Origin: Eledone cirrhosa
Lineage: Eukaryota
Length of the DNA: 64,000 nt
Assembly (NCBI GenBank): GCA_964016885.1
Contig: OZ024740.1
Location: 283,216,001 to 283,280,000, forward strand
Direction of reading: 5' to 3'
This document shows, piece by piece, positions 42,674 to 58,798 of this stretch; positions within the stretch are counted from its first letter, which is position 1; each line of letters starts with the position of its first letter. The position numbers and the translations under genes are program-made. The notes below the pieces were generated by a model. That model saw nothing but the letters and a program-made list of their open reading frames with translations, had not been told where the DNA came from and searched no databases.

Positions 42674-42728
42674 TGTTTTCTCTAATGCTATATGGTTACA
42701 TATATAAATAAATATTTCTTAACAAACA

Positions 42729-43381
<653 letters not shown>

Positions 43382-43416
43382 GTATCTCTCTCTCTTTCTC
43401 TGTCTCTCTCTCTCTA

Positions 43417-43448
<32 letters not shown>

Positions 43449-43499
43449 AATATATAATATAATATAATATATATACATACATATATACATATATACATG

Positions 43500-43568
<69 letters not shown>

Positions 43569-43672
43569 CTGTCAAAACGTTAAGAAGAGAAGCATCAGAT
43601 ATAAAACATCAACATCAGAAGCAGCATCAGTACCGCCGCACTCAAAACGACAACCATATTCCTTACAACATA

Positions 43673-46600
43673 CCAGCAATATCACTACAACAACCTCACC
43701 ACTAGTCCTCGTTCGACCAACAGTACTACTTCCAGCAATATCACTACAACAACCTCACCACTAGTCCCGTTCCACCAACGGTACTACTTCCAGCAATATC
43801 ACTACAACAACCTCACCACTAGTCCCGTTCGACCAACAGTACTACTTCCAGCAATATCACTACAACAACCTCACCACTAGTCCCGTTCGACCAACATTTC
43901 TACTTCCAGCAATATCACTACAACAACCTCACCACTAGTCCCGTTCGACCAACAGTACTACTTCCAGCAATATCACTACAACAACCTCACCACTAGTCCC
44001 GTTCGACCAACAGTACTACTTCCAGCAATATCACTACAACAACCTCACCACTAGTCCCGTTCGACCAACAGTACTACTTCCAGCAATATCACTACAACAA
44101 CCTCACCACTAGTCCCGTTCGACCAACAGTACTACTTCCAGCAATATCACTACAACAACCTCACCACTAGTTCCGTTCGACCAACAGTACTACTTCCAGC
44201 AATATCACTACAACAACCTCACCACTAGTCCCGTTCGACCAACAGTACTACTTCCAGCAATATCACTACAACAAACTCACCACTAGTTCCGTACGACCAA
44301 CAGTACTACTTCCAGCAATATCACTACAACAACCTCACCACTAGTCCCGTACGACCAACAGTACTACTTCCAGCAATATCACTACAACAACCTCACCACT
44401 AGTCCCGTTCCACCAACAGTACTACTTCCAGCAATATCACTACAACAACCTCACCACTAGTCCCGTTCCACCAACAGTACTACTTCCAGCAATATCACTA
44501 CAACAACCTCACCACTAGTCCCGTACGACCAACAGTACTACTTCCAGCAATATCACTACAACAAACTCACCACTAGTTCCGTACGACCAACAGTACTACT
44601 TCCAGCAATATCACTACAACAACCTCACCACTAGTCCCGTTCCACCAACAGTACTACTTCCATCAATATCACTACAACAACCTCACCACTAGTCCCGTAC
44701 GACCAACAGTACTACTTCCAGCAATATCACTACAACAACCTCACCACTAGTCCCGTACGACCAACAGTACTACTTCCAGCAATATCACTACAACAACCTC
44801 ACCACTAGTCCCGTTCGACCAACAGTACTACTTCCAGCAATATCACTACAACAACCTCACCACTAGTCCCGTACGACCAACAGTACTACTTCCAGCAATA
44901 TCACTACAACAACCTCACCACTAGTCCCGTACGACCAACAGTACTACTTCCAGCAATATCACTACAACAACCTCACCACTAGTCCCGTTCGACCAACAGT
45001 ACTACTTCCAGCAATATCACTACAACAACCTCACCACTAGTCCCGTTCGACCAACAGTACTACTTCCAGCAATATCACTACAACAACCTCACCACTAGTC
45101 CTGTACGACCAACAGTACTACTTCCAGCAATATCACTACAACAACCTCACCACTAGTCCCGTTCGACCAACAGTACTACTTCCAGCAATATCACTACAAC
45201 AACCTCACCACTAGTCCCGTTCGACCAACAGTACTACTTCCAGCAATATCACTATAACAACCTCACCACTAGTCCCGTTCGACCAACAGTACTACTTCCA
45301 GCAATATCACTACAACAACCTCACCACTAGTCCCGTTCGACCAACAGTACTACTTCCAGCAATATCACTACAACAACCTCACCACTAGTCCCGTACGACC
45401 AACAGTACTACTTCCAGCAATATCACTACAACAACCTCACCACTAGTCCCGTACGACCAACAGTACTACTTCCAGCAATATCACTACAGCAACCTCACCA
45501 CTAGTCCCGTTCGACCAACAGTACTACTTCCAGCAATATTACTACAACAACCTCACCACTAGTCCTGTACGACCAACAGTACTACTTCCAGCAATATCAC
45601 TACAACAACCTCACCACTAGTCCCGTTCGACCAACAGTACTACTTCCAGCAATATCACTACAACAACCTCACCACTAGTCCTGTACGACCAACAGTACTA
45701 CTTCCAGCAATATCACTACAACAACCTCACCACTAGTCCCGTTCGACCAACAGTACTACTTCCAGCAATATCACTACAACAACCTCACCACTAGTCCCGT
45801 TCGACCAACAGTACTACTTCCAGCAATATCACTACAACAACCTCACCACTAGTCCCGTTCGCCCAACAGTACTACTTCCAGCAATATCACTACAACAACC
45901 TCACCACTAGTCCTCGTTCGACCAACAGTACTACTTCCAGCAATATCACTACAACAACCTCACCACTAGTCCTATACGACCAACAGTACTACTTCCAGCA
46001 ATATCACTACAACAACCTCACCACTAGTCCCGTTCGACCAACAGTACTACTTCCAGCAATATCACTACAACAACCTCACCACTAGTCCTCGTTCGACCAA
46101 CAGTACTACTTCCAGCAATATCACTACAACAACCTCACCACTAGTCCCGTTCGACCAACAGTACTACTTCCAGCAATATCACTACAACAACCTCACCACT
46201 AGTACCGTTCCACCAACAGTACTACTTCCAGCAATATCACTACAACAACCTCACCACTAGTCCCGTTCGACCAACAGTACTACTTCCAGCAATATCACTA
46301 CAACAACCTCACCACTAGTCCCGTTCGACCAACAGTACTACTTCCAGCAATATCACTACAACAACCTCACCACTAGTCCCGTTCGACCAACAGTACTACT
46401 TCCAGCAATATCACTACAACAACCTCACCACTAGTCCCGTTCCACCAACAGTACTACTTCCAGCAATATCACTACAACAACCTCACCACTAGTCCCGTAC
46501 GACCAACAGTACTACTTCCAGCAATATCACTACAACAACCTCACCACTAGTCCCGTTCCACCAACAGTACTACTTCCAGCAATATCACTACAACAACCTC

Positions 46601-46745
46601 ACCACTAGTCCTGTACGACCAACAGTACTACTTCCAGCAATATCACTACAACAACCTCACCACTAGTCCCGTTCGACCAACAGTACTACTTCCAGCAATA
46701 TCACTACAACAACCTCACCACTAGTCCCGTACGACCAACACTACT
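43673..46745. repeat. 58-bp minisatellite, about 53 copies
   Basis: Unit ccagcaatatcactacaacaacctcaccactagtcccgttcgaccaacagtactactt. Confidence 0.97.
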
Positions 46746-46749
46746 ACTA

Positions 46750-47210
46750 CCAGCAATAGTACTAGACAGACGTACAGCAGCATCAGTATTGCTACCTCCA
46801 AAACGACCACCATATTCATTACGACATACCACCAATATCACTACAAAAAACTCACCAATAGTCACGTACGACCAACAGTACCACTACCAGCAATAGTACT
46901 AGACAAACGTACAGCAGCATCAGTACTGCTCCCTCCTAAACGACCACCATATTCATTAAGACATACCAGCAATATCACTACAACAAACTCACCAATAGTC
47001 CCGTACGACCAACACTACTACTACCAGCAATAGTACTAGACAAACGTACAGCAGCATCAGTACTGCTCCCTCCAAAACGACAACCAGAATCATTACGACA
47101 TACCAGCAATATCACTACAACAACCACCATAATCACTTCGACATACCAACAATACCACTACAACAATCACACCATAAGTCCCGTACGACCAACAGTACTA
47201 CGACAAGCAA
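46750..47210. repeat. 137-bp tandem repeat containing the 58-mer as a subunit
   Basis: ccagcaatagtactagac at 46750, 46887 and 47024. Confidence 0.85.
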
Positions 47211-47689
47211 TAACACCACACCGACAACAACTCCACCGAGAACAATAACCATCGTCAGCACCATGGCCAATGGTGGACAACAACAATATCAGTACTATGA
47301 CTACGACTAACAGCAACGATAACAACACCAGCAACATAGACAGAAATAATTACTACTACTTCAACAAGTTAGCAGTAACTCTCATCCCAATAATACGCCC
47401 AAAGAACCACAAGATGGAAAGATATCCTTCAAAACATACTTAACATATAGAATATTAGTAATGGCGTAAAGCTTATACAGCGGAGTTTGTGTTGAGGAAG
47501 GTTACACAGATATAGATTGGTTTCTTACTAAGCTGTACTTCAGGGTTCACATCCCTTAGGTTTCTTTAAATGTCATGCTAGAAAACTAACCAATAAACTC
47601 ATTCAGATTTGGAATAGAAATGTGAAGGAGATCGAAGATACAGACATTTATGTATATATTGCGATGGGTTTTTGCGCGTGCGTATATAT

Positions 47690-48540
<851 letters not shown>

Positions 48541-48619
48541 AGAGTGTTGTGTTGTGAGAAGAACACATTGCATTATGTAGAGCTATAACCCCTAAAATAT
48601 AGGATAGTTACTACTAGAT

Positions 48620-51025
48620 TGCCTTTGATCGCAGATTAGCTGAATGAGGTTTAACCTGGGATTAAACAGCAGTCACATCAACAGCTATATACCTGAGTTT
48701 AACATAAACTGTATATACGTAGATGCACAGATGTGTTGTTAAGCAATGGATTTATAACCTCGTTGTTGCGGAATCCGTACCGCTATGTGTGACCTTAGTT
48801 AATTGGGTTTTTTTTATTCCAAAAAGATGCATGATTTACCTATTAAAGCTCAGGTTGAAAGATAGATCAATGTGGGTTGTGCAAGTTTATATACCAAACA
48901 AGGAGTTTGAATATATATATGTCCTTACTGCAATGTTAGTTCTAGTTAAGACCGAGTCACATATTCTACTGGGAGGATTTGACCACTTGACATGCAAATA
49001 AGTGATTGTAAGTAACTTTGATCCCGATATAAATACGAATAGAGAGGCTTTATTCGGTATTTGTTCTAGAAATGGGCTCTCTATTATGACTACCTTCTTT
49101 CAGCACAAAGACATCCATGAATATACCCATGGTATAAGGGTCGTCAGAAAATCAATAATGATTTTCTAATTGACTCTAATCTCTTCAATTCTGTGCCGGA
49201 TGTTCATGCTAAGTGGAGGGGTGGGGGCTGAGCTGTCAAGTGATCACCATCTAGTTATCTGTAATTTGAAGTAATTAAAGCCAAAGAAGCTCACAAAAAT
49301 GATAGGTCCAGATCGAGATGCAAGGAACAGTGGGAAGCGTTGGTGGGTAAGAAAGCAAGGACCAGGTATACGAATATTATTACATCCAAATTCGTAGAAC
49401 TCCCTGAGTAAACTGCGGACATTTTGACGGAATGGTGACTGTTCAGCTCGAAAGTTTCTGTTTCAGCTGTTAAATACTGCAGGTGAAAACGGCATGGTGT
49501 GCTTCAGCGTGGCAGAATGACCCCTTAGTTAAATGAAAAGCTAAACAAGAAAGCATGAAAATTTGGGCTTGGAAATAATTACTCTTTCTTGTACTTGCGG
49601 CACAAGCTGGCGCAAAATGTAGTAGCAGAGACAGTAAAGGTATCCAAAGTTAAGCCATGGGAGGAATTTGGAGTTCAGCTGAAACCCGACATCAATTCAG
49701 CAAATAAAGTGATCTGGCAGACTATCCGCCGACTTCGTAATAAGAAATCCTTCTCCATACCTGCCATCAGGAACGCGCCTGGGGTTCTCTCTTCTCACGA
49801 AGTGGATAGAATATTTTGCTGATCTTCTAAACTCGATCACAAAAGCGTCTTCTGATGTACACTAGATGCATCTGGGAACAACAACCAATCTGTCGGAGGC
49901 TGAGGTCACAAGAGCAATTAAAGAGCTCAAATGGGGCGAGACAGCTGGGGAGGATGAAATTCGACCAAAAATTCAGACTGAGGCCGGTCTTTGACAAATC
50001 GTGGGAGATTTACCTAGAGGTGTATTATTTGTACAACTCGAAAAGGCATAGGATTGCATTTGACGGAAACTCACATAAATGGTACTAAATCGAAACCATT
50101 CAATATGGATTTTGGACTACGCAAATGGTGCTTACTGTCACCTCTCCTGTTCATTATTTACATGAACATGATGGACATGCGTAGCCTGTTGGAAGTGGAA
50201 TTACTACTGGTGGGTGTAGAATCAGTCGACTTCAATTTGCATACGACAAGGTATTACTTAATTTGTCATAAGGTAATCTCCGACATGTATTTTATAGGTT
50301 TGATGCTGAGTGTTGCACTGCTGGACTTAAAGTCTGAGCAGCTGTGACTAAGGCATTTGTCCTCTCCATCAATCCTGCACAGAGCGCTCTACATGTGAAT
50401 ACGATTCCACTGAAATAGGTGAAGGAGTTCAGGTATCTTGGGTTGATGTTCGCGGGGTATGGAAAGCAGGAGGCTGAATTACGTGCAAGTATTGCAAGAG
50501 CTGGTGTGCAATAATGCGCCAGCTGCAGCATAGGGTCATAAGTAGAAGGCAGGTAGATGTAAAAACCAAATTCGCGATCTTACATTGTTATCCGTGTCAA
50601 CATTTAACCATGTTTATGAATCTTGGGAAATGACTAAAAGTATACGATCGTGAATAAAAGCGACTGAAATAGGATTGCTCCGAAAGGTCTGGAATAATGT
50701 TACTGGACAGAGTATGTAGCTCGGAGATCAGAGGGTTGGTCCAAGTCGAACCGTTACTTCTCCGATTTCACAGCTCCGTTATAACCGGCATACGATTAGA
50801 AAGAATCAGGAAAGAATCGCTGGACAGATTTTGTGAGCAAAACCAACTGGCAGGAGACCAAGGGGTAGACCCCGAACAAGAAGGGAGATAACACCCATCA
50901 ACTCGGCTGGTCTCGTTTGTGGATCCAGCCGGATCAACTGGGGGTGGATCAATTGCTGGAAGGAATGTTTAAGGACTCTTCCCGCACAACCCTCTCAGGA
51001 ATAAATGAGCAAAGTAGAAGAGAAT
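48620..51025 (+). pseudogene. Degenerate RTE (Expander-like) LINE, APE through 3' end
   Basis: VVQVYIPN, ILLGGF, TFFQHKDIHEYT, LSSDHHLV, WEEFG..WQTIRRLR, GEDEIRP, GLRKWCLLSPLLFIIYM, EFRYLG; 3' end similar to 40230-40895. Confidence 0.8.
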
Positions 51026-51578
51026 GATCGCTATGATTGAATAAATCAAGGTGATGCCAAGGCATGGACGCTGTCTAATCAATGAACTTAGAAAAAGAAT
51101 AAAGAATAAGTTAAGCTTGGTATTGCTTTCTTGTAGAATTATAAATAATAGCGAACAATACTCTTTCATTGGAATTTAGACATCACCTAGTTAAGTAGGT
51201 ATATATGCGTTTGTGTGTGGAGAATGTGTGTACAGATATGAGTGTTACTTTCTGTATGCATCTGCATGCTTTTAGTTTTATGTGAATACTTGCATATATT
51301 TCTGTATCTATATATGTGTATATGTAATTATTTAATGCTGCATCTTTCTGAAATATTTGACTTATTTTTACAGTTCATCCATGCAAGGTGGATAAAATAA
51401 TATCAATTTTGAATTAGGGTCGACCCTTCTTATATATCACTTTCCCACGTCCCATCTCTCACTTTCTATCCTTCTCTGGAAGACGTCTGATGTATACCGA
51501 CCTGGAGAAGAGAAATGAAATCAGCCAAGTTTTAAAATGCACTAGAAACGCCGAATATCAATAAATACACACGCAAAC

Positions 51579-51680
<102 letters not shown>

Positions 51681-52398
51681 GTATATATATATATATATTA
51701 ATAAAGGATATTGCGAGATGAATTCTGAGCATTGAAGTAAAACTGTTAACACATTGGTATTTGATTAATAGCTTCCATGAATGCCTTATTTATCCAAATC
51801 GGTCTATCAGGTTTGCTTCACAATTATTTGATAGTTTTAAAGTTAAAGGTTTCTCTTCTTTTCTAGTCTTTCTTTTTGTATTTCCATATGTATTGGATAT
51901 AAAGTCAGAATACTCACATCCGTCTCTACATGTAGCCATAGCTAAAATCTGTGGATATCGTTTGTAGAATAATACAGTTTTGAAACAAAACACCGATAAC
52001 GCATCAGTAATATTTAATTATCGATTTATCTACCTATTAATATATCTATACATAAATCTACCTGTTATGACCATACATGTTAATCTATAGATATGTTTTG
52101 CAGTGTAACATAGTGTTGAAACAAAGCGTTTGATAACGCAACAGTCATATATTTATCTGCCTGTCTAGCTATAAACGAATTAATATATCTATGTACTTAT
52201 AAACACACCTGCTTACCTAGCTAGATACCTATTTATCTATCTATTAAACAACATGTCTATCTACCTATCTATCTAACAGAAATATATATATAAAGAGAGA
52301 GCGATAGATTGTGAGTGAGAGAGAGAGAGACAGGGAGAGAGAGAAAGAGAGGGAGAAAGAGAGAGAGAGAGAGAGAGAAGGAGAAGGAGGAGGAGGAG

Positions 52399-52454
<56 letters not shown>

Positions 52455-52559
52455 TGGGGAGAGAGAGAATAAATGGCGATTGCATGTATATTCGAAGTAG
52501 TTATTTAATTTGTATACGAACCAGTGCCGAAAAAGGATTATACATCTAGATATCTACCT

Positions 52560-52623
<64 letters not shown>

Positions 52624-52857
52624 GTATCCATTTCTCTGTCTGTCTACGTCTAAAACTCTTTAACTGTCTATGTAACTATCTCTTTACCTCTCTCTCTCTC
52701 ACTCTATATATATATATATACATGTACATATATATATATATATATATACATACAAACATATACATATATACATATATATATATATACAAATATATATATA
52801 TATATATACATATATATATACATATATACATATATATATACATATATACATATATAT

Positions 52858-52935
<78 letters not shown>

Positions 52936-53134
52936 GAAGAGATATATTAGATATGTCTCATATGAAATAATACAGCCAATTTTCCACGCAATACTTTTAG
53001 TTAGCACCCCGAACGCATAATTGGGAATATAATCACTTATTTCCTAATGTTTGTTGAGTGAGTTGCAATTTGGCCGGAGTATGGCTAAAAAGCTTTCTTC
53101 GATATTGTATTTATTTATTTATTATATATATATA

Positions 53135-54034
53135 CTAGCAGTAAAGCCCGGCGTTGCTCGGGGTCGCTCAGTAGCTGTGTTAAAGTTACAATGTTCAGTT
53201 TCTTTTTTGGCTTAAAAACTGTAGTGTCTACTGTGCAGACTTGCATGTGGTGTTTTTGATTAATATTCCCTCAACCAACAATATGCCTTATGAAGTTAAG
53301 AAAACATAACGATAACCCGAATGTTATAACAAAAGAGGATGCTGGGGATAAAAACTGCACTGGTTATTTATTAACAAAGATCGAAAATGTAAACACTGCA
53401 ACGCAGAGAAAAACATTAGCGTAACCAAATTATCAGTTATGTCTGTCTGCACGCCTATATCACCTCTCTGCACGACTATCTGTCTGCACGCGTATATCAC
53501 CTCTCTGCACGACTATCTGTCTGCACGCGTATATCACCTCTCTGCACGACTGTCTGTCTGCACGCCTATATCACCTCTCTGCACGACTATCTGTCTGCAC
53601 GACTGTCTGTCTGCACGCCTAACGAAATTTACAGATACATATATTTTAAATAAACTTATATAATTTTTGCTTTTTTTTTACAAAATATTTGCTTGTTTTA
53701 CGTAGTCTTTAAATAGACTTGTTTTCAAGTAAAAATATTGTTTTAAAAGGCTTCGCTGAGAAAGCCAGCGTAATTTTTTTAATTTTTGCACGCAGACGCT
53801 CAATGTAAACAGAACAAAGGGAAATAACTGATCACTTACGCTCAAAAATCGATACATTATATTCGATTTCGTCACATAGGGTGGGTCAATTTGAAATTTT
53901 TTTTTTCCGATGTCTTCGCTAGGGCTCAATGTACAAGTATAGCAATTTCGGTGCAATTCCGTGAGAGATTCTAAGAGGAGATGTGTGCCAAAAATCGATA
54001 GACAGACAGACAACCACAGTTTTATATATATAGA
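53135..54034 (-). mobile_element. Non-autonomous Helitron
   Basis: Minus strand starts TCTATATATATAAAA and ends with hairpin cccgagcaacgccggg then CTAG; inserted between A and T; internal ~37-bp minisatellite at 53440-53620. Confidence 0.85.
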
Positions 54035-54035
54035 T

Positions 54036-54291
54036 AATTAGAAAATATATAGCTTTCACCGTATTTTTGACTAAAGGAATTTTAGCTTGATAACGGGGTT
54101 TAGAACCCTCAGATAAATGGAAAAAGATGAGTATTGACGTACATGGGTATGTACGTCAATACTCATCTTTTTCCATTTATCTGAGGGTTCTAAACCCCGT
54201 TATCAAGCTAAAATTCCTTTAGTCAAAAATACGGTGAAAGCTATATATTTTCTAATTTCAAACTCGCTCACTGTTTCAAAACATACTTACT

Positions 54292-54296
<5 letters not shown>
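54036..54296 (+). mobile_element. Perfect 109-bp-arm hairpin plus 3' tail
   Basis: 54036-54144 is the exact reverse complement of 54149-54257; a diverged relative lies at ~8960-9170. Confidence 0.85.
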
Positions 54297-54351
<55 letters not shown>

Positions 54352-54997
54352 ATAAAATGAAGAATTAGAAATAGAAGCCAGGACTATCCATCATCAGTGG
54401 TTTACTAGCCATAATAGGTATTTCTTCGCATTACAGACCATATACATCCGGCTAGGGCAATACAATAACTAAAATAAATTATTGGGATAAAAAGAGTTTG
54501 GTGGAGAAAGAGAGACAGGTAAACAAACACGAATGGTGAGGCAGCGTAAAGAGAGGAAAAAATGAGAAAATCAAATCAATGATTCATTTCGAACATAAGA
54601 ACTTGCGAATATTGACGAGAAGGCAGAAGACACATCTTGGCCATGCGGATGTGAGCGATGGAGTGAGAGAGAGGGTGAGTAGCAGAGAGTGCCTGAGTGA
54701 AAATGTGAGGAAGAGGCTAGCCGAGAGAGGGAGACTAGCAGAGGGGGCGAGTGAAAGTAAGAGGGAGAAGGAGAGAGAAGGGGGGGGGGGAGAAAGAGGA
54801 TAGCAGTAAGGGAATAGAAAAAGACAGGTGACAGCGAAGGGGAAAGCATATATGAATGAAAAATGGCGAGCTGTGTTGTGGCATGCCCTAGCCGGAGGTA
54901 TATGGTCTGTAATGCGAAGAAATACCTATGATGGCTAGTAGACCACTGATGATAGATAGTCCTGGATTATATTTCTAATTCTTCATTTTATTATATA

Positions 54998-55978
54998 CTA
55001 GCATTAAAGCCCGGCGTTGCTCGGGGTCAGTAAGTTACCAAAGTTAGGTTGCACCACCCATTTTATGGCAGCACCTTTTTTTGTCTGCCAAGCACTGGGT
55101 GAATGAATTGCAGACCTGGACTGCCGAAGCAGGAGCTGCGCCAGCAGTGACAATTGTAGTTTCGCCTATGCATATTATCTCTGTGCAAAGAAGTGTTGAA
55201 TTTTATTGTTTCACAGTACTTGCGCAACACGCGCGTAGAAGATGCCATCCGAACAACAGAGCTGCGATGGAGTTGTTCTGCATGGTTGTCTAATGTGTGT
55301 TTTCTAAATTTAAAACAGTAGGGCGGGGTGTGATATGGAGAAGAGTTAGCTGCTGTTTCTAGCAGGTTGAGTGACCACATACAGGATACTATTGTAAATA
55401 AACTGATACTTCTTTCTTCCACGTTCGTTGAGAGATGTTTTCAAAAAGATTTATTGCTATTTTTGTTGTTGAATAAATTTTCTGTTGCTTTTGAATAATT
55501 GTGGTTTAGTATGAAATGTAATAAGTTCTCGTCGTTGTCATTGAAGTAAATAAATATTTGACCGTTCCATACTCAAAAACAAACGTTCTCTCTCACTCTC
55601 TCTGTCACTCTCTTCTCTCTCTCTCCTTCATTTCTTTCTCTCTTCTTTCTTCGGCGTTCCTAAAGGAAGTTTGTAAGGAGGGGGTTTAAGCGTATATAAG
55701 AGAAAGTTGCAGCATGTATGTAGTTTTATCGAATTTCAAGGGGAGTAGAAAGAGGTAATCAGATTGTATTAGAGGGATAAGCGTCATGTATTTAGTTTTA
55801 TCGATTATTTCCGTAATTGTGGGTGAGTTGGAAAAAAGTAAATAGCGGTTGACCTAAGTTACACGATTTACAATATTCATACACATTTTGAGTCGAATCG
55901 GTTTGAAATTGTGCAAATATATAAACATGGAACGTGCACACACAGACACACACACAACAACAATCTGCCTTTTATAGA
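54998..55978 (-). mobile_element. Non-autonomous Helitron (same 3' end as 53135-54034, different interior)
   Basis: ctagcattaaagcccggcgttgctcgggg terminus; minus-strand 5' TCTATAAAA. Confidence 0.82.
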
Positions 55979-55979
55979 T

Positions 55980-56165
55980 AATTGTTTCTACTTTTGGCAC
56001 AAGGCCAGCAATTATCCCAGTGTATTACTACTACTTTATTTTATCGACCCCGTAAGGATGAAAGGCAAAGTTAACCTTGGCGGGATTTGAACTCAGAATG
56101 GCAAGGGCCGTAACTTTATGCGTCCAAACATGGCGTCCGACCCTCTACCGATACTGCCAATCCAC
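55980..56165 (-). mobile_element. tRNA-derived SINE with TSD agataatt
   Basis: Matches the SINE family; agataatt at 55976 and 56166. Confidence 0.9.
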
Positions 56166-56795
56166 AGATAATTATATCATATTTGCAACAACACAACTCG
56201 CCATTTTTCATTCATATATGCTTTCCCCTTCTCTGTGACCTGTCTTTTTCCCTTCTCTTATTGCTATCCTCTTTCTCTCTCTCCCTTCTCTCTCCTTCTT
56301 CCTCTTACTTTCACTCACATCCTCTGCTAGTTACCCTCTCTCGGCTAGCCTCTTCCTCACACTTTCACTCACTCACTCTCTGCTACTCACCCTCTATCTC
56401 ACTCCATCGTCCCACACCTTACGAGATTCTTTCCTCTCTCACATCCGCAAGGCCAAGATGTGTCTTTGCCTTCTCGTCAATATTCGCAAGCTCTTATGTT
56501 CGAAATGAATCATTGACTTGACTTTCTCATGTTTTCCTCTCTTTACGTTGCCTCACCATTCGTGTTTGTTTACCTGTCTCTCTTTCCTACCCAATTCTTT
56601 TTATCCCAATAATTTATTTTGGTTATTGTATCGCCCTAGCTTGAGGTATATGGTCTGTAATGCGAAGAAATACCTATGATGGCTAGTAGACCACTGATGA
56701 TGGATAGTACTGGCTTCTATTTCTAATTCTTCATTTTATTATATATATCATATATGCAACAACACAGCTTGCCATTTTTCATTTATATATATATA

Positions 56796-57228
56796 TATTA
56801 TTCAAAATATTAATAAATGAAGACATTCACATAATCAAAATATATGTTTTATTATATATATTTCGAAGGTACTCTGCTCTTTTTTCAGTACGTCCTCGTC
56901 AGATAAAATACATGAATTGATGTATGACATACCTCAACGATCTTGATGGTTCAATTCCAGTATTGGCAGTATTGGAATTGAACCATCAAGACCGTTGAGG
57001 TATATTATACATCAATTCATGTAGTTTATCTGACGAGGAGGTACCGAAAAAACAGCACAGTACCTTCGAAATATATATAATAAAACATATATTTTGATTA
57101 TGTGAATGTCTTCATTTATTAATATTTTGAATAATATTAGTAACTCCAGAAAACTTAACTGTAGAGTGCTTTTAATCTATTGTAAAACTATATTCATTGA
57201 GTAATCAATGAACCATATTAATCTTTGG

Positions 57229-57232
<4 letters not shown>
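56796..57232 (+). mobile_element. Fold-back hammerhead element
   Basis: ~170-bp arms around 56966; tttat-CTGACGA-ggaggtac..gtaccttc-GAAA-tatatata-ataaa at 57025-57084; actcc..gagtg tail. Confidence 0.85.
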
Positions 57233-57286
<54 letters not shown>

Positions 57287-57934
57287 CATGTTATCTCTGT
57301 ATCTATTTAACTAGCTTTAGCTCTGACTCAAAACATAAGAGCAATAGAACGCGAAAGAGAAAAAAATAGAAATATATGTAAAGAATGAGTGAAAGAAACA
57401 CAGAGAGAAAGAGGGGTGGGGGAGATTGAGGGAGAGTAATTGGGGATTGATGTATAATGAAAGTAGTACAGAACATGGACAGGAAATACATTTTAAGACA
57501 GAGGGTACCGTAATCATATTTATTATAAATATTCGTGTGACACCAGCATACATCTATTATACAATCGTTTTCAACAGTTACCTGCACCGGTGATTTAAGC
57601 TTTCTATCTCTCCCACTTTCTTGTTTGACTTATTCTTTAGTAATCAATATGTTAGGCCTCGTCTCTACCTATATATCTTCTTTTTAGTTGCAGCACATTT
57701 GGTTGTAGCATAACTTATCTAATTTGTAAATCGTCGAAAAACAAAAATTCTTGTCTAGTATTCATTTGTTACTGTCCCATGTGCACTGGAGTTAGGTGTA
57801 TCGATCTTAAAGCACCGAAACAATGTATCACCATTGATCAACTGATGAGAGGGAACTGTCTGAGTTTCGTTTGTTTTTCTATTGTCTTAGCCCATATTTT
57901 GCATTCTGCTTCCCCCTCTCTCTCTCTCCCTCTC

Positions 57935-57976
<42 letters not shown>

Positions 57977-58162
57977 AGACGTAAAATAAGAAAATTATAA
58001 AATTAACTTACTTACTCAAAACATAAGAGGAATAGAACGCGAAAGAGAAAAAAATAGAAATATATTAGTTTCTGGAATGGAGTAAAGAATTAAGACAAAA
58101 CCAATATATTTGCTAGCATTGATATGCATCTGTATGGATATAAATGTTACTAGATATAAATT

Positions 58163-58207
<45 letters not shown>

Positions 58208-58406
58208 AACCAGTAAGACCCCGACGGCTGAGCTCAAGCCGTTTCGACGGCTAATTCTGGAATGAATTAGCCGTCGATAATAAATTGAAGTGAAAGCAAC
58301 TGGTGCGTGTGTTTCTTATCGGCAACATGACCCTCCCAAAGTATAACAATATCGGTTTCAACACACGATTTCAGATAAAGAATCTTGCTAAACAGATTCA
58401 GAAACG

Positions 58407-58457
<51 letters not shown>

Positions 58458-58569
58458 AAAGGAGTCAGGACCCCGAGAGCTGAGCTCGGACTATTGCAAC
58501 AGCTAGTTCTACACGAAAGCTAGTTCTGGTGCATTATGGCCCACCTGGTTCATTAGCACACTTCCATCG

Positions 58570-58798
<229 letters not shown>

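Larger units (their letters stand above)
54350..56785 (+). mobile_element. Non-coding ~571-nt monomer element in inverted + tandem arrangement, interrupted by a Helitron and a SINE
   Basis: 54350-54880 is the reverse complement of 56185-56742; 54885-54992 is a direct copy of 56633-56742; 56750-56785 repeats the monomer start. Confidence 0.8.

Noticed and set aside
43673-46745. CRISPR array or mucin-like Thr/Ser-rich coding repeat
   Set aside because: No unique spacers or cas genes; the 58-bp unit is not a multiple of 3 and carries stop codons on both strands.
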